63,752 bases of DNA from Phoronis australis (Eukaryota; Animalia; Phoronida): contig NMRA01000969.1 in the NCBI GenBank assembly GCA_002633005.1, positions 14,310 through 78,061 on the forward strand. The letters are read 5' to 3'. The notes beneath the pieces were generated by a model, which was not told the origin of the DNA, searched no databases, and was given only the letters and a program-made list of their open reading frames with translations. This document shows positions 14,255 through 26,739 of the stretch, piece after piece. The position numbers and the translations under genes were made by a program. Each line of letters begins with the position of its first letter. The stretch's first letter is position 1.

Positions 14255-14722
14255 NNNNNNNNNNNNNNNNNNNNNNNNNNNNNNNNNNNNNNNNNNNNNN
14301 NNNNNNNNNNNNNNNNNNNNNNNNNNNNNNNNNNNNNNNNNNNNNNNNNNNNNNNNNNNNNNNNNNNNNNNNNNNNNNNNNNNNNNNNNNNNNNNNNNNN
14401 NNNNNNNNNNNNNNNNNNNNNNNNNNNNNNNNNNNNNNNNNNNNNNNNNNNNNNNNNNNNNNNNNNNNNNNNNNNNNNNNNNNNNNNNNNNNNNNNNNNN
14501 NNNNNNNNNNNNNNNNNNNNNNNNNNNNNNNNNNNNNNNNNNNNNNNNNNNNNNNNNNNNNNNNNNNNNNNNNNNNNNNNNNNNNNNNNNNNNNNNNNNN
14601 NNNNNNNNNNNNNNNNNNNNNNNNNNNNNNNNNNNNNNNNNNNNNNNNNNNNNNNNNNNNNNNNNNNNNNNNNNNNNNNNNNNNNNNNNNNNNNNNNNNN
14701 NNNNNNNNNNNNNNNNNNNNNN
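14255..14722. other. Assembly gap (468 N)
   Basis: Run of N. Confidence 1.
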
Positions 14723-14886
14723 TATTCACCTATTTCACGAAAGCGCCATCTTCCCGCGCCATCTTTAAATACTGATCGAAAACGAGGCACACTGATAAAA
14801 CCTCGTGAGTGATCATCAGCTGGCCATGGTGTACTGTGCAGTGCCTGAACGTACCAATTCCAGTAATATCTCGTCGGTATTCTTCC

Positions 14887-16669
14887 CAGGGATATACTTA
14901 GCCATTCGCCCAGTCGCCAATGCGAGTAAAAATGCTGCTGGGCGAGTAGAAGTTGACTTGCCGGTCGTCCGGTGGTGAGCGAATTTCAAAGCGCAAAAGC
15001 ACTGTATATCGTTTCCCAGATGAATATGAATGATTTTCCTCCTTCTTGTGCTTGTGCTGTTTTTATCATGAATTTAAGGTTCAGTTTGGTCGTCGTGTCG
15101 ATGCTCCGGCAGTAAAAACATCGGCGCAGTGCGACCCTACCGATTCAGTACATGTCACCCGTTACACGATTCGTCAAAAAAACACAGTGTGTGGTCGTGC
15201 ACAAAGAATTTGTGGACTAGTCCGAAACGAAGAAAAGGGGAGAAAGGTGGAAGACCGGTCCATGTGCTCATAGCAAATAAAATACCATATTTCTTGGAAC
15301 TGATTTCTTATTGAAATGTACAATGTCATTTTAGCCAGAATTATTTTTATAACATTCGTCCTGATAAGCGCCCATGCCCCTATAAGCGTCCCCACTCGTT
15401 TTCAGACTTCGCTAAAATAAGCGCCCAGTCCATGAATGTGTATATATCAGTGCGAAAAATGTCTTACCTCACAGTTCTAAAATTCTACAGTAAAAATGTA
15501 TTCAATTTATCAATGAATATCCGACAGTTCTGAAAAATCATTGTGCGCGTAATTCAAGTTCTAGTAGACCACGAACCTCGCCGCTATGTCAGTATTTAGC
15601 CGTGGCTGTACACTTCAAACCATTCCGCAGTGCTTCAAAAAGAACGCAAAAGATTTGCTGATCTTGCGCGGAGGAAAGTGTCACTCTACATGGTCTGGCC
15701 CTGATCAGAACAGACGTAGCGTACTCAGGTCAACGGGATTGGTCACGATTGTATCTTTCCAGTACAGATCTTCTCCCACAACAGGAATCCAGATTGTTTT
15801 GTACACGAAAAATTGTAACTTAAACCGCGAATCGAAACTTGGCCAAGAAGCGCGCGCTAGGGCCCACATATAACATGTGGGCCTGCTCAATGAGATAAAT
15901 ATACTACATTATACAGCTCATTGGGCCTGCTACTCTGGTAAATGAACACTGCTGACACGCACGCGCTCGCTCACTCGGTGCACACCAGCTGATTCACTTC
16001 AATACAAACGTCACGTGACAACAACATATGTGTTCGGCGTCCAAATTTTTCTCGTTGCGGGGTGCGATCTAGCGCAGATTTTGACTTAATCTGCGGTTAA
16101 TCCCGACTCCGAGTCCACAGGAACTTAAGAATCTTAGGAAAGGCTATTTGGGAGGATTTCGGGTAATTTGAGTCGAAACTATTTTTACTCAAAAATTCAA
16201 GTTGTCCTATAGACGATCGCGAAGCAGCGACGCATCAGTCGGCAAGTTTTCGCCCTGGGACTTTTCAGCACATTTTTTTAAAAAGATCGTAAGTTAACAA
16301 CAGAGTTTGATAGCAATGCACCACAGTTTTGTAGCTAGTCTGTCATAGGTTACACATACGTCACAGCGCGTAAATTTGAATGCTAGCTTCCGATTTCACC
16401 CGTTTCGGAGACCAGGTTTTAACTGCCGTAGGCTACAAAAAGAGTCCCCCTGGGCGCTTATCAAGAGCGAATACGGTAGCCCTAATAGATGGTGACATCA
16501 GTGCACAAAACGATGATTTTTATTTAAATTAGCAGCAAGTTTATGGTGACTGGCGCCAACGGCCGGGTGACCGAACTTCGGGCTTGGTCAGTAGATTTTC
16601 TGACTCCGGCACTCGCCCAGCTGGCGAGCAGGGTTTTTCAAGACTCATAAAACCCTGGGTATATCCCTG
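14887..16669. mobile_element. hAT-like non-autonomous element
   Basis: TIR cagggatatac / gtatatccctg; imperfect target duplication attcttcc / acttcc. Confidence 0.65.
15350..16476 (-). mobile_element. pogo/Tc1-like non-autonomous element nested in the hAT-like element
   Basis: Right end gggcgcttatcaagagcgaatacgg|ta; inverted homologue of 39370-45100. Confidence 0.7.
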
Positions 16670-17805
16670 ACTTCCACACTTTTTCAAAAGAGGGAAAACT
16701 ACTAAGGAATGGCTGAGGAGGGTAAAAGTCTAGTTGCCGTAAGTATTGGTATGTTTTTTGGAGATCGATTCAACATCAGACAACTTGATTTTTGGTAACG
16801 TTGATAAGTCTTTTGACCACACCACCTTGCAGGACGATGCCATGTTTGTCAAGGCGCCTCGTTTTCGATCAACACGACAGCAGCGCCCCGCGTTCGTGAA
16901 AGAGGTGAATACGAATAAGAGTCTGTGAAATCAAATAAACAATAAACAGCAATCCGGTAAAATGGGGCAAATCTGAGCAATAATCAAAAAATGTACAAGG
17001 TCGGGGTCAAGAGTCAGCAACACCTACATTTTGATTTCCAGGTCCAACTCAGGTGTGCTGATTAAAGCCATGTTGGATTCCAAATAGAACAGAAAAAGGT
17101 AGTCCAAAGAGAGCCACTAAAATTCATCACTGGACTTTTTCAAACACGAACCAACCAACCAATTTTTAAACAGGTGACAAAGATTTTATAATAGCCAGAT
17201 ACAGTGAAGACGAGCAATAAGATGTCAGCTTCTGGTATCAGAAATCCACGGATTTTAACTGTTTAATTATTCCACAAAATGGTATCCAGTTATCTAACAT
17301 TCCAACACCTCTTATTAGGATCTAAAAGCATGACTTCGTTAGTGAAATACGCAACAAACCTAGAAGCATGACCTGGTTAGAGAAGACAAAGCCTGATTAT
17401 TATAGTAAAATAAGGAACACCACCTGCCGTGGTTAACGAAACACGAAACCATAGTGAAATCAGAAATATGATCTCAGTACAAAAATATGGAGCCTGACCA
17501 TTATAGTGAAGCATGAAGCTTGAATATGAAGCCTGACCATGATAATGAAATAAGACATATGGCCTTGGTAGTGAAATATGGAACTTGACTATTATAGTGA
17601 AACATAATTAGCCTGAATATGAAGGCTGACTATGATAATGAAATAAGAAATATGACACCACCCCCAATGAACTATGAACCATATTTACTGAAATATGAAG
17701 CCTGTCTACACTTGACAAAAAGATGTGTGGCCTTCAAGGGTGCATTTTATATTGTCTCTACATTTACTTTAAAATCAATTGCTCTACCTAACTCCATGGC
17801 AGAGA

Positions 17806-17930
17806 AGGCAGTGTGGCCTACTGTGATAGGTACCCGCCTTCGTTACTTGAGGTCATGGGTTCGAGTCCCACTGGGCCACACTGCTACATCCTTGAGTCCC
17901 ACTGGGCCACACTGCTAGACCCTTGAGTCA
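17806..17930 (+). mobile_element. tRNA-derived SINE head (degenerate)
   Basis: A-box-like tggcctactgtg and B-box ggttcgagtcc; no cloverleaf. Confidence 0.45.
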
Positions 17931-18125
17931 GGTTTCTAGCTACTCAGCTCCGTTTCAACTGTACATTAATAAAGCACAAAAATAGTTTCAGGTGATCAAT
18001 GCAATGGGCCCACATGCACAGCCTGTGCACGTCTAGACCACAACATGTACCAGACCACAACATGTACCAGACCACAACATGTACCAGACCACAACGTTTT
18101 TCCCCGTGTGTGGGTGGGCGCAGGT

Positions 18126-18814
18126 TGTTACAGACCGGTGCTAATAGCTTTCGGTGCGATGATTGACTAAAGACTGGTTCGAGTTAATCCTTTGTTAATC
18201 CCGACCGTACGTTCACAAGCCTACTCACGTAATGTCTGTTCATGCTCCAGCCAGTGCTGCAAAGCCTTGACTTGTGATGAACTTCTGAGACATATTCAGC
18301 AACTGTTACACTCGTCGATTCAATAACCTGCTGTCTCTACAGCTGGCTCTCTATTGACTATCGCTGTAACTGCTGATTCTCTTCAATGCAACTCAACTGT
18401 AGTTCTCCTGATTAGCTTTCTTGAACTTACTTGATTATATGACTTGATCTCTCTTGAACTGACTTGATCTCCTCTTGAACTGACGTGATCTTCTCTTGAA
18501 CTGACTTGATCTTTCTTTAACACAAACCCCATGCTTGTGTATTTATAGCCTAATGCATTGTTCTGGAACTTTACATCAATTCAAGCACATTCTAGAACTT
18601 TCCTGAATCTACCCAACCGTTCTACAAACATGTACTAGTCTCTAGAATATTCCAGACTGCACTAATCACTGTCATGCTAGAGTTTTCTAGAAAGTTCCAC
18701 ACTATACTGTAGTAAACAAATTACATCATCACTGTTCTGAACTCAGGGGTCATGCCAATCAAACAGAATAACAAAACAATACAACTAAAAATACTGTCAG
18801 ACTATACTCTGACA
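18126..18814 (-). mobile_element. Putative solo LTR (Gypsy-like)
   Basis: Minus strand TGTCA...TAACA termini, internal CTATAAATAC at about 18539-18548, upstream TTCnnGAA clusters; no matching TSD seen. Confidence 0.55.
18561..18697. promoter_or_regulatory. Cluster of heat-shock elements
   Basis: TTCtaGAActTTCctGAA (18590-18607, four perfect inverted nGAAn units), GAAtaTTC near 18645, TTCtaGAAagTTC (18685-18697). Confidence 0.5.
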
Positions 18815-20378
18815 AATTGGGACTCCAAATTTTTCACACTTTGTTCCCGCCAGTACCGATCCTTTACTAGTACCGCTGCGGCGCCATGAAATGGAAATAA
18901 AAAGTGTCATTGAGAATTTGTTTCTTCAATGACTGCAAAACGGAAGTCCATACAAACGTGTTTGACACGGTATGCCAAAACATTTTACTCAAAAAAGAAA
19001 TTGCAATTTTCATACACCATGTCAACATCGTCCAAAAAGTCCAACTACAGGCAAAGTTTTCAGCAGCAATGTCCTGTCTTCCCACCAAGTGGACAGTCCT
19101 AGTGAAGTGTCTTGGTAAAGCAAGTCGCATTTTTATAGTGCATGGTCTTGACATTCGAGCCTATTTATGTTTTCTCTCAGTTTAATTTCTAGGCAGTGAC
19201 CACTGTCTTTAGCTGGCTCTAGTAGAGACAGAAGCTTTTCAGCAAATTATGCCTCACACTGAATAAGACAACAAAGTCACGTGGTTACAAGGAGTTTTTG
19301 TATATAAAGGGACACCTTAGGAGGATGTCGATGTCTTCAATTTCTTCCACGTTGAACAAATACTCCCCTAATCAAACATTTTCTTCAAGCAGTCTTTCAT
19401 TCAGCTTACTAGGATGGACCTAACAGAAACAGGACTGACTGACCGATTGACACAACTTCAGAGCTTGGCAAAAGGACATCACCATGGTGATATCACTTAA
19501 CAATACGGACTCCTCACTGGCTCATGATAGAACAGTGAATCTGTTAAATATTAGCAGATATTTGTAGAACAAATGCACAGACATGTTCGATTAATGAAGG
19601 GATTGACCGATCTGGTCACCATCATCATCAGACAGAGAAAGGTGGATCACATGGGGGAACTGCTGGAACCACTCATGAATATGGCTGTGACAAGTCCAAG
19701 TATTGATGTAACGGGACCACACCTGTCAACACCTACGGTACAACCACCACGTGGTTAGTGAAGTGTGAATCATGAAACCAATTGTTAATGGCATATGAAC
19801 TAATTAAGATTATGTGGGGCCCTACAATAGTGTCTGCATAATTCAGAAATCAGTGAATTTCAAAAATGGTTGATAAGATCCATGTTGTGTGAAACTTTCA
19901 GATATTCTACATTCTACACCATTACCTACATGCTGTTGTGAATTGTTTTCAAAATGTTCCACTTTTGCGAGATGGGTTATAGGAAATGGGACTTTTATGA
20001 TTTTTCTGAAACCCTCGCAAAAGCTACGAAAAACTAAAATGAAAGGACAATTTAGAAAACAGGGTTTTTGGAGAATTTCATCTTCAGCACTTACATCAAA
20101 TGAAATTTGGTCAAGTTACGCTATTGTTATCATGATCTTGCTATGAAAGTACATTTCTATGAAAGAACGTTTCTTTTTCAATAAATTTTACTAAAACATG
20201 AAAACATGGTCACCAAAGATTGGTATAAAGTTATAATCAAATTCTACAGGGGATCTACTTTCAGAAAACAAGTACTTTTGCTTAGTGAAAATCTGTAGTT
20301 TTGTTGATAATTGACAATAAAGTCCTACATAACCTTTAAACTAATAATCAAACAAAATTATTAATGCCAACAACAAAC

Positions 20379-20628
20379 CTGAAGACGATCAATGGACACA
20401 CGGCCAGCAGAGGTCACCTCCACAATCTGCGCCATACGCGTCCCCAATGTGCCTCGCACCATTATAAAGTACAAAATGGTTGGGAAGACACGCGTACTGG
20501 ACAGCCAATAACCGCAGGCAACCATGCTAATAATAGCTCCGTAAACAGTAAACATGGACGCCGTTAGAAAGAGATGGCGGTTGATGCCACAAAACAGAGA
20601 GTTTACACGGATGATCTGCGCTTCCAGG
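20379..20628 (-). CDS. ABCC4: ABCC4-like alternative exon 8e
   Basis: ttgtag|C...CAG|gtttg, 250 bp, open; LEAQIIRVNSLFCGINRHLFLTASMFTVYGAIISMVACGYWLSSTRVFPTILYFIMVRGTLGTRMAQIVEVTSAGRVSIDRLQ. Confidence 0.85.
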
Positions 20629-20989
20629 CTACAATCAGGAACATACAAAGAACAAGTAAAATGCTAGGTCAAAGTAAAAGTTGTGAATTATTCAAGCAAG
20701 TACGAGTCGATGAATGTTCAAAACAAAAGTTGTGAAATACTGAAGTTCACAGGGTGACTAAATTGCTTTGCATTGATATGTAGTGGGGGATAAAAATGCA
20801 ACTACGATGAAAACCAAAGGCAAATCATGCAAGTTAAACAAGGCAACAGCCTGAACAGTCAGATGCAAGTTAAACTAGGCAACAGCCTGATCGGTCAAAT
20901 GCAATTTTTCACAAAAAGCTGATGACCGTAAGCAGTCTGCAGAGCTAGGAAGAGAAAGGATGCGAAAGGAAGCAAGTTATGATTACGGT

Positions 20990-22390
20990 GACAGCAGTGA
21001 TAACAACGTAAAGACAATATGCGGGATGAAGACTATGAATATAGCGATGATAACAATTTAAAGACAATACGATTGATGAAGACTATGAATATAGCGATGA
21101 TAACAACGTAAAGACAATATGTGGGATGAAGACTGTGAATATGGCAGTGAGAACAACGTAAAGACAATACGTGGGATGAAGACTATGACAAGAGCAACGC
21201 GGAGCGTTGAAATGCGCCCACAATTGCACCGCATACGGTATCCTTCTAGGGTTGTTTATTGGTACCATCAAGTGGCCAGTAGAGGGCATACTTTGCAAAA
21301 TGGGCTAGGGGCAAAATGTGAGTAATCTTCATAATACAAGCACATCCTATACACCAGTTGCTTAAAGCACCACAGAAACATAGAATTAAAAACAAATTTA
21401 CCAACATACGAGATTAGCACAGCATTAGAATGCCAGAAACAAATTTCTACTTGGAACTTCTCCTTCACAGTCACGAAGTAACACAAAGTATACACCTGAA
21501 GACCTATGAAAATACAGAGGTCAATGTAAAATACTAAAATTGCCACTAGAGGCAAATACTAAAATTGCCACTAGAGGCAAATACTAAAATTGCCACTAGA
21601 GGCATACCGGTAGTCAGAATCATCCTAAAGTCGTCATCGTCCGTTGTCAACATCACATAAATACACTTCCTAAATTTAGTAAAGATCCTTTCAAACGGTT
21701 TGGGAGATACAGCCATGGGCGCAAAAAAACAAAACTGCCACTAGGAGGCGCCACAGTAGTCCAAATCGTCTGAAAATCATTGTCAGCTGTCTTCCTTATA
21801 GTAAGCACATACACGCCAATTTTCACAATCATCCTTTGAGCGGTTTGGTTGATAGAGGGGTGGACGCAAAAATACAGACTCGAAAACAGTAAAAATGGCC
21901 ACTAGGTGGCGCAAACTACGTCGAATCCATCTGAAAACAGTAGGATAGCGTCATCTCACTAATAGGTGCCTACATACCAAATTTCATGAAAATCCGTTCA
22001 ATACTTTTGAAGATACAAAGGTAAGCGTAAAAAACTAAAATTGCCACTAGGGGGCACACCGGTAGTCGGATCCGTCCGAAAGTTCGCACATGCCGTCCCA
22101 TTCATGAATGGAACATATGTGCCAAATTTCATGAACGTATGTCAAAGGGTTTTGGAGATAGAGCAGCGGACGCCGGACGCCAGACCCCGGACGGACGCCG
22201 CCCGGACGGACAGACGGACGGACGGACAGAGATGACGGCATAATGCGTCCACATATAAATATGTGGGCGCATAAATATAGCGATAACAACGTAAAGACAA
22301 TATGAGGGATGAAGACTATGAATATAGCGATGATAACAACGTAAAGACAATATGTGGGATGAAGACTGTGAATATGGCAGTGAGAACAAC
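20990..22390. repeat. About 50 bp minisatellite (gaagactatgaatatagcgatgataacaacgtaaagacaatatgtgggat) interrupted by a transposon
   Basis: Units at 20990-21187 resume in register at 22275-22390. Confidence 0.85.
21188..22274 (+). mobile_element. HINE/DINE-1-like non-autonomous Helentron
   Basis: 5' subterminal atgcgcccaca (21212) is inverted at the 3' end (tgtgggcgcat, 22262); 3' hairpin partner at 22243; (gacg/gaca)n tract at about 22165-22235; no TSD. Confidence 0.65.
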
Positions 22391-23792
22391 AATCTCGAAT
22401 ATAGAATAGCTATGACCTCAAACAGAGAATAAACATGAACTCGATCATGGAAGACCGATGACCTCAAGGATAAAAGAGCGATGATCTCAAATTTAGACTA
22501 GCGACGACCACAGTATAGAATAGCGATGACCTCGAAAATGGAAGAGCGATGATCTCCAAATAGAATAGCGATGACCACATGTATAAAATAGTGATGACCT
22601 CGAATAGAGAATGGCGATGCCCTAGAATATGAATGGTGATGACCTTATATATAGAATAGCTATAAAATCAAAACGGTAGAATAGTGATGACCTCGAGTGT
22701 AGAATAGCAAAGACATAGTATATAGCATAGCATTGACCTTGAATATAGAATAGCGATAACCTTGAATATAGCGATGACAAAAGAATCACAACTGGTAAAA
22801 GTAGATCATCGTCGTAGTCGTCATCAAAGTCATTGTGGTCATGTTCATCATCATTCACAATTATTAATAATGACAAGTTGTCATGACTATTATCACAGAA
22901 AATCATAAATGACTTGAGAAAGATAAGCCATAAGAAGAAAGAGAATGATGACAAATTTCTTCCAGCTCTTGACAAGACCTATTCATATCCCAAGTTTCAC
23001 AAAAATGTCTCAAAGGACATCAAAGTGATGGGAGAGAAGGACTGTCACAGTGTCTCCTTGCATCCGATTTCAAACAAAAAAGACTTAGACCTGATGAGAC
23101 ACACCGTGATAGGTTGTGAAATACAACCTGTAACGTGCGACCAAACAAACAAAAATTGAAATCAACCGAAATATAATTACAGAATAGCATACTTTGAAAA
23201 AAATCCCTCAGCAATAAGTGGTGTCAACATTGACCCTATAAGGAAAGTGAAAGCTTGAGATACCCTAAAGAAGCCAGGTCACCTTATAGATTTTACTGAC
23301 ACTGATAAGCAAACGTACAGAAGGTGGTACAAAGCATAATCCCTAAAACATATTATCATTGCTTTGAAAATCTTGGCAGAGGCTTTTCTTTCAGCACGAA
23401 CAAAAATCTACAATTATGTAACAGCTTATCTATGAAGGTGTATTTCTCCTGCTGACAATTGTCCTATCACTAGGATTTTGAGTGACGGCTTAACTGACCA
23501 TTTAGAACTCATCATTCTTAACACACCTTCGTTTCCAAGCCGCCATTTTGCCAGGTAAAACTCATTGTTTGTTAGTCGACATTACACAAAGGGCGGAGCT
23601 TGCGATAGGTCAATTGCCCCTTTGATGAGTGAGAGTCAGTCCGACATGCCACAATGTCATGCAATTTAAAGCTGCTATGAACCAAACTTTTAATTCATAC
23701 CAATTACCATTATAAAACATTTCTCAACATGTTCCTTAGTAAATTTTGAATTGGTATCCGTATTTGTGAATAAGTAACAGTTCATCATTCCT

Positions 23793-24047
23793 AGACACCA
23801 CGGTGTGTATAATGATCACATGGACACCATGACGTGTATAATGAACACCTGGACACCACGATTATAATGACCACCTGGACACCACGGTGTGTATAATGAT
23901 CACATGGACACCATGACATGTATAATGACCACCTAGACACCACGGTGTGTATAATGATCACATGGACACCATGACGTGTATAATGACCACCTGGACACCA
24001 CGATTATAATGACCACCTGGACACCACGGTGTGTATAATGAACACCA
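23793..24047. repeat. Minisatellite, about 29 bp unit
   Basis: ggacaccacggtgtgtataatgatcacat variants, about 9 copies. Confidence 0.9.
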
Positions 24048-24363
24048 GGGTCAAGCCTGAATCCCAAGCAATAACAAACTCACCACAAACTACATATAAC
24101 CTGAATAAATAAAATTTATTTACACCTTTTTACTGATAAGTGACAAAAATCGAAATTCATATTTTTGACAGAAGGCCTGTTTATAGCACACAGAAAATAG
24201 AAAGCAAGAGATGGTTTCATTAGAAGACATAGAATTCGGTTCTATCAGAAATAAATAAGACAAGCAAATGACTAATCAACAAAACGTAACAGGAAAGTAA
24301 TTTGAATGACAAACAAAAAAGAAAGAAACAAATTTACTACAAGTCAATAGCTGAAGAGCAAAC

Positions 24364-24613
24364 CTGAAGGCGATCAAGTGAAATGTTGGCTTCCTCACTT
24401 AACTGTATGGCGAATGTAATGTACACAGACAAGCTCAACTCCAACACTCTAAACATTGGCAATGTCAGAAAAGTGACTTTTGATGTCAGTAAACCGGACA
24501 TGGAGATGTATGTCACGGCTACCCCAACTATGGCCAGCTTAGCGTGTGCCATGGCAATGCCCCAGTTACCAGCCCGGGTACTAAAGGTTAACTGGATAAA
24601 AACCACTTCAGAC
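24364..24613 (-). CDS. ABCC4: ABCC4-like alternative exon 8d
   Basis: tttcag|G...CAG|gtttg, 250 bp, open; SEVVFIQLTFSTRAGNWGIAMAHAKLAIVGVAVTYISMSGLLTSKVTFLTLPMFRVLELSLSVYITFAIQLSEEANISLDRLQ. Confidence 0.88.
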
Positions 24614-26459
24614 CTGAAAAGACAAAATTTTGAGTAGTTACAGAGACAGACAACATGACAGGGCAAAACATAACAATGAAGGAACATAGGTAGACTTAGG
24701 GAAGCCAGGGGGCCCGGCAGTCCACTTCAAACATAGGAAGAGTTAGGGAAGCCAGGGGGCCCGGCAGTCCACTTCAAAACCAAAACAAAACATCACAGGT
24801 ATAGCAGTTTTAGGGATGTCCCTTACAAACATGTTTGCGTCCACCTTCTCGCAACAACCAAGATTCCCCTGGTGAGCAATCACTTATCTTGCAAATAACA
24901 GGGAGAAGCAGTCAGACAAAACACTGCAACAGGTGCCGTAAAGCATGAACATGACAGTTATAATGTGTCCAGACTACCCTAACCTTCAAAGCACATTGGT
25001 TTCTTATCCTTTTTCATAATTGAAATTCGTTGCACGCAATAACGTGGAATTCACCTGACGACCCCCTACAGTAGTGACGAATGAAACCAATGGTGAAAAG
25101 CAACTCGACAGGCCTGGCATGAATCAGTAATCATGCATGAAGCAGTAATCATGCTTCAAATTTTTCTCAAGCCTAGATATCACTTGCAATCTGAATAACA
25201 AACAAGCTGACACTGAGAATGTGGCATGGATCAAAAGCTGTTCTTTGACGGAAGGCGAAGTTGCCCCTTTAAAGAAAGATCAAGTTGAAACTCTTGAATC
25301 CAATAGTTAAGTCTTAAGTACTGGCCATTGCCATTTGGACACAAACGTCAAGTTCTTGCAGGAACAAGCCATGATCAATTCAAACATTCTGAACATTAGG
25401 GCTTGTCAAATGTTTTCTCAACACTATTTCACACTAACAGGTTAGGCCATGACTGACCATTACAATGAAAATGCCAAGTTTAAACAATGCCAGTACTAAA
25501 GAACATGAACATTGTGTCAACATCAAGAGACACCAAAGGACAGTGAATTGTTGAAACATGGAAAAATGATGTTCTAGAAATAAGTTAACATATAAAATAT
25601 CAAAAATGACAAATGCTTTCCTTAACAATCATTTTCTTGAAGAACACATTCCTCTAACTACTCCCTTTTACACTGGTTCCTCTACATACATTGGCATCTC
25701 ACCTTACCTCAGGGTTTTAATAATGTGTCCAGCTTAACATTCATTAGAAAGACACATCTTTTGATGTCTCAGCAACACTAAATATCCTGAACACACCCAT
25801 AATGTCGCACCAATACTAAATACCCTGAACACACCCATAATAAACCATGTATCAGATGCAAGTTACCTGTTGTCTTGCCCTCTCAACCAAGGTCAAGGTC
25901 ACTAGCAGCTATCTGAACTACAATTTTTTGTGTGCCCCAACTGCACTTTAAAACAATCATAATCCTCTAACGAGGCTACCACAAGAGTCTGTATAATAAC
26001 TATATCATGTTTAAAACATTTTATTGCTAAATGTAGTTGCAGACTTATTAGTTCATTAAGCATACTCTCTCTCCATTTCCCTCTCAAAAAACTACCACAG
26101 ACTACAACCAAACACACATTTTTAGCTTCACAGTTAAATGTCACCAATTAAGGGCACAATGTAGAAAACTCAAATTCTTTTTTCATTTACGATTCGTAAC
26201 ACCAACAAATGCATGATCATTAATGATTCGTAACACCAAATAAATGCTTGATCACTTTTTAAAGTCCTATTTTATTTACCATCCTTGCATCAATGTTTTT
26301 CAAAACTTGTTAGAAGCCTCTCAAAAATGATTCACATAAATTTTGAGAATTACTTTTGTCTGCAATTAAAGACTATATTGCATTATTTTAAAAAGCAACT
26401 ATATTCAATCACGGTAGAATCACAGTCTGAGGATGGCAAACAACTTAAAAAAGCTGTAG

Positions 26460-26683
26460 CATTACTGGTGGGAAATTTGCATTGGTATTACTGGTGTGAA
26501 AGTTATCTTGGTATTACTGGTGTGAAAGTTACCTTGGTATTACTGGTGTGAAAGTTGCCTAGGTATTACTGGTGTGAAAGTTGCCTTGGTATTACTGGTG
26601 TGAAATTTGCCTTGGTATCACTGGTGTGAAAGCTGCCTTGGTATTAGTGAAGAGAAAGCGACCTTGGTATCACTGGTGTGAAA
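26460..26683. repeat. Minisatellite, 26 bp unit
   Basis: ttggtattactggtgtgaaagttacc variants. Confidence 0.9.
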
Positions 26684-26739
26684 TCAAGATGAAGAAAAGC
26701 TGCACCGCATCTTCAAGAGCAATATCAAACATCTTCAAG

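Larger units (their letters stand above)
14826..16730 (+). pseudogene. THAP zinc-finger relic split by nested insertions
   Basis: Removing 14887-16669 and the duplicated target joins MVYCAVPERTNSSNISSVFF to HTFSKEGKLL, then (one frameshift) EWLRRVK: an MxxCxxxxCxN...FHxFP...W THAP pattern. Confidence 0.55.

Noticed and set aside
13917-14790. Long ORFs spanning the gap
   Set aside because: Artefacts of N translation; only 14151-14254 on the minus strand is supported as coding.
17020-17322. FCGI and SGYY/VTCL patches reminiscent of 8e/8g
   Set aside because: Not in one frame, stops present, length inconsistent.
17806-17880. Possible tRNA gene
   Set aside because: B-box present but no acceptor stem or cloverleaf; better explained as a SINE head.
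23127-23214. GRTLQ|GTTG on the minus strand
   Set aside because: Part of a repeat end also seen at about 14025-14050; no 250 bp open exon.
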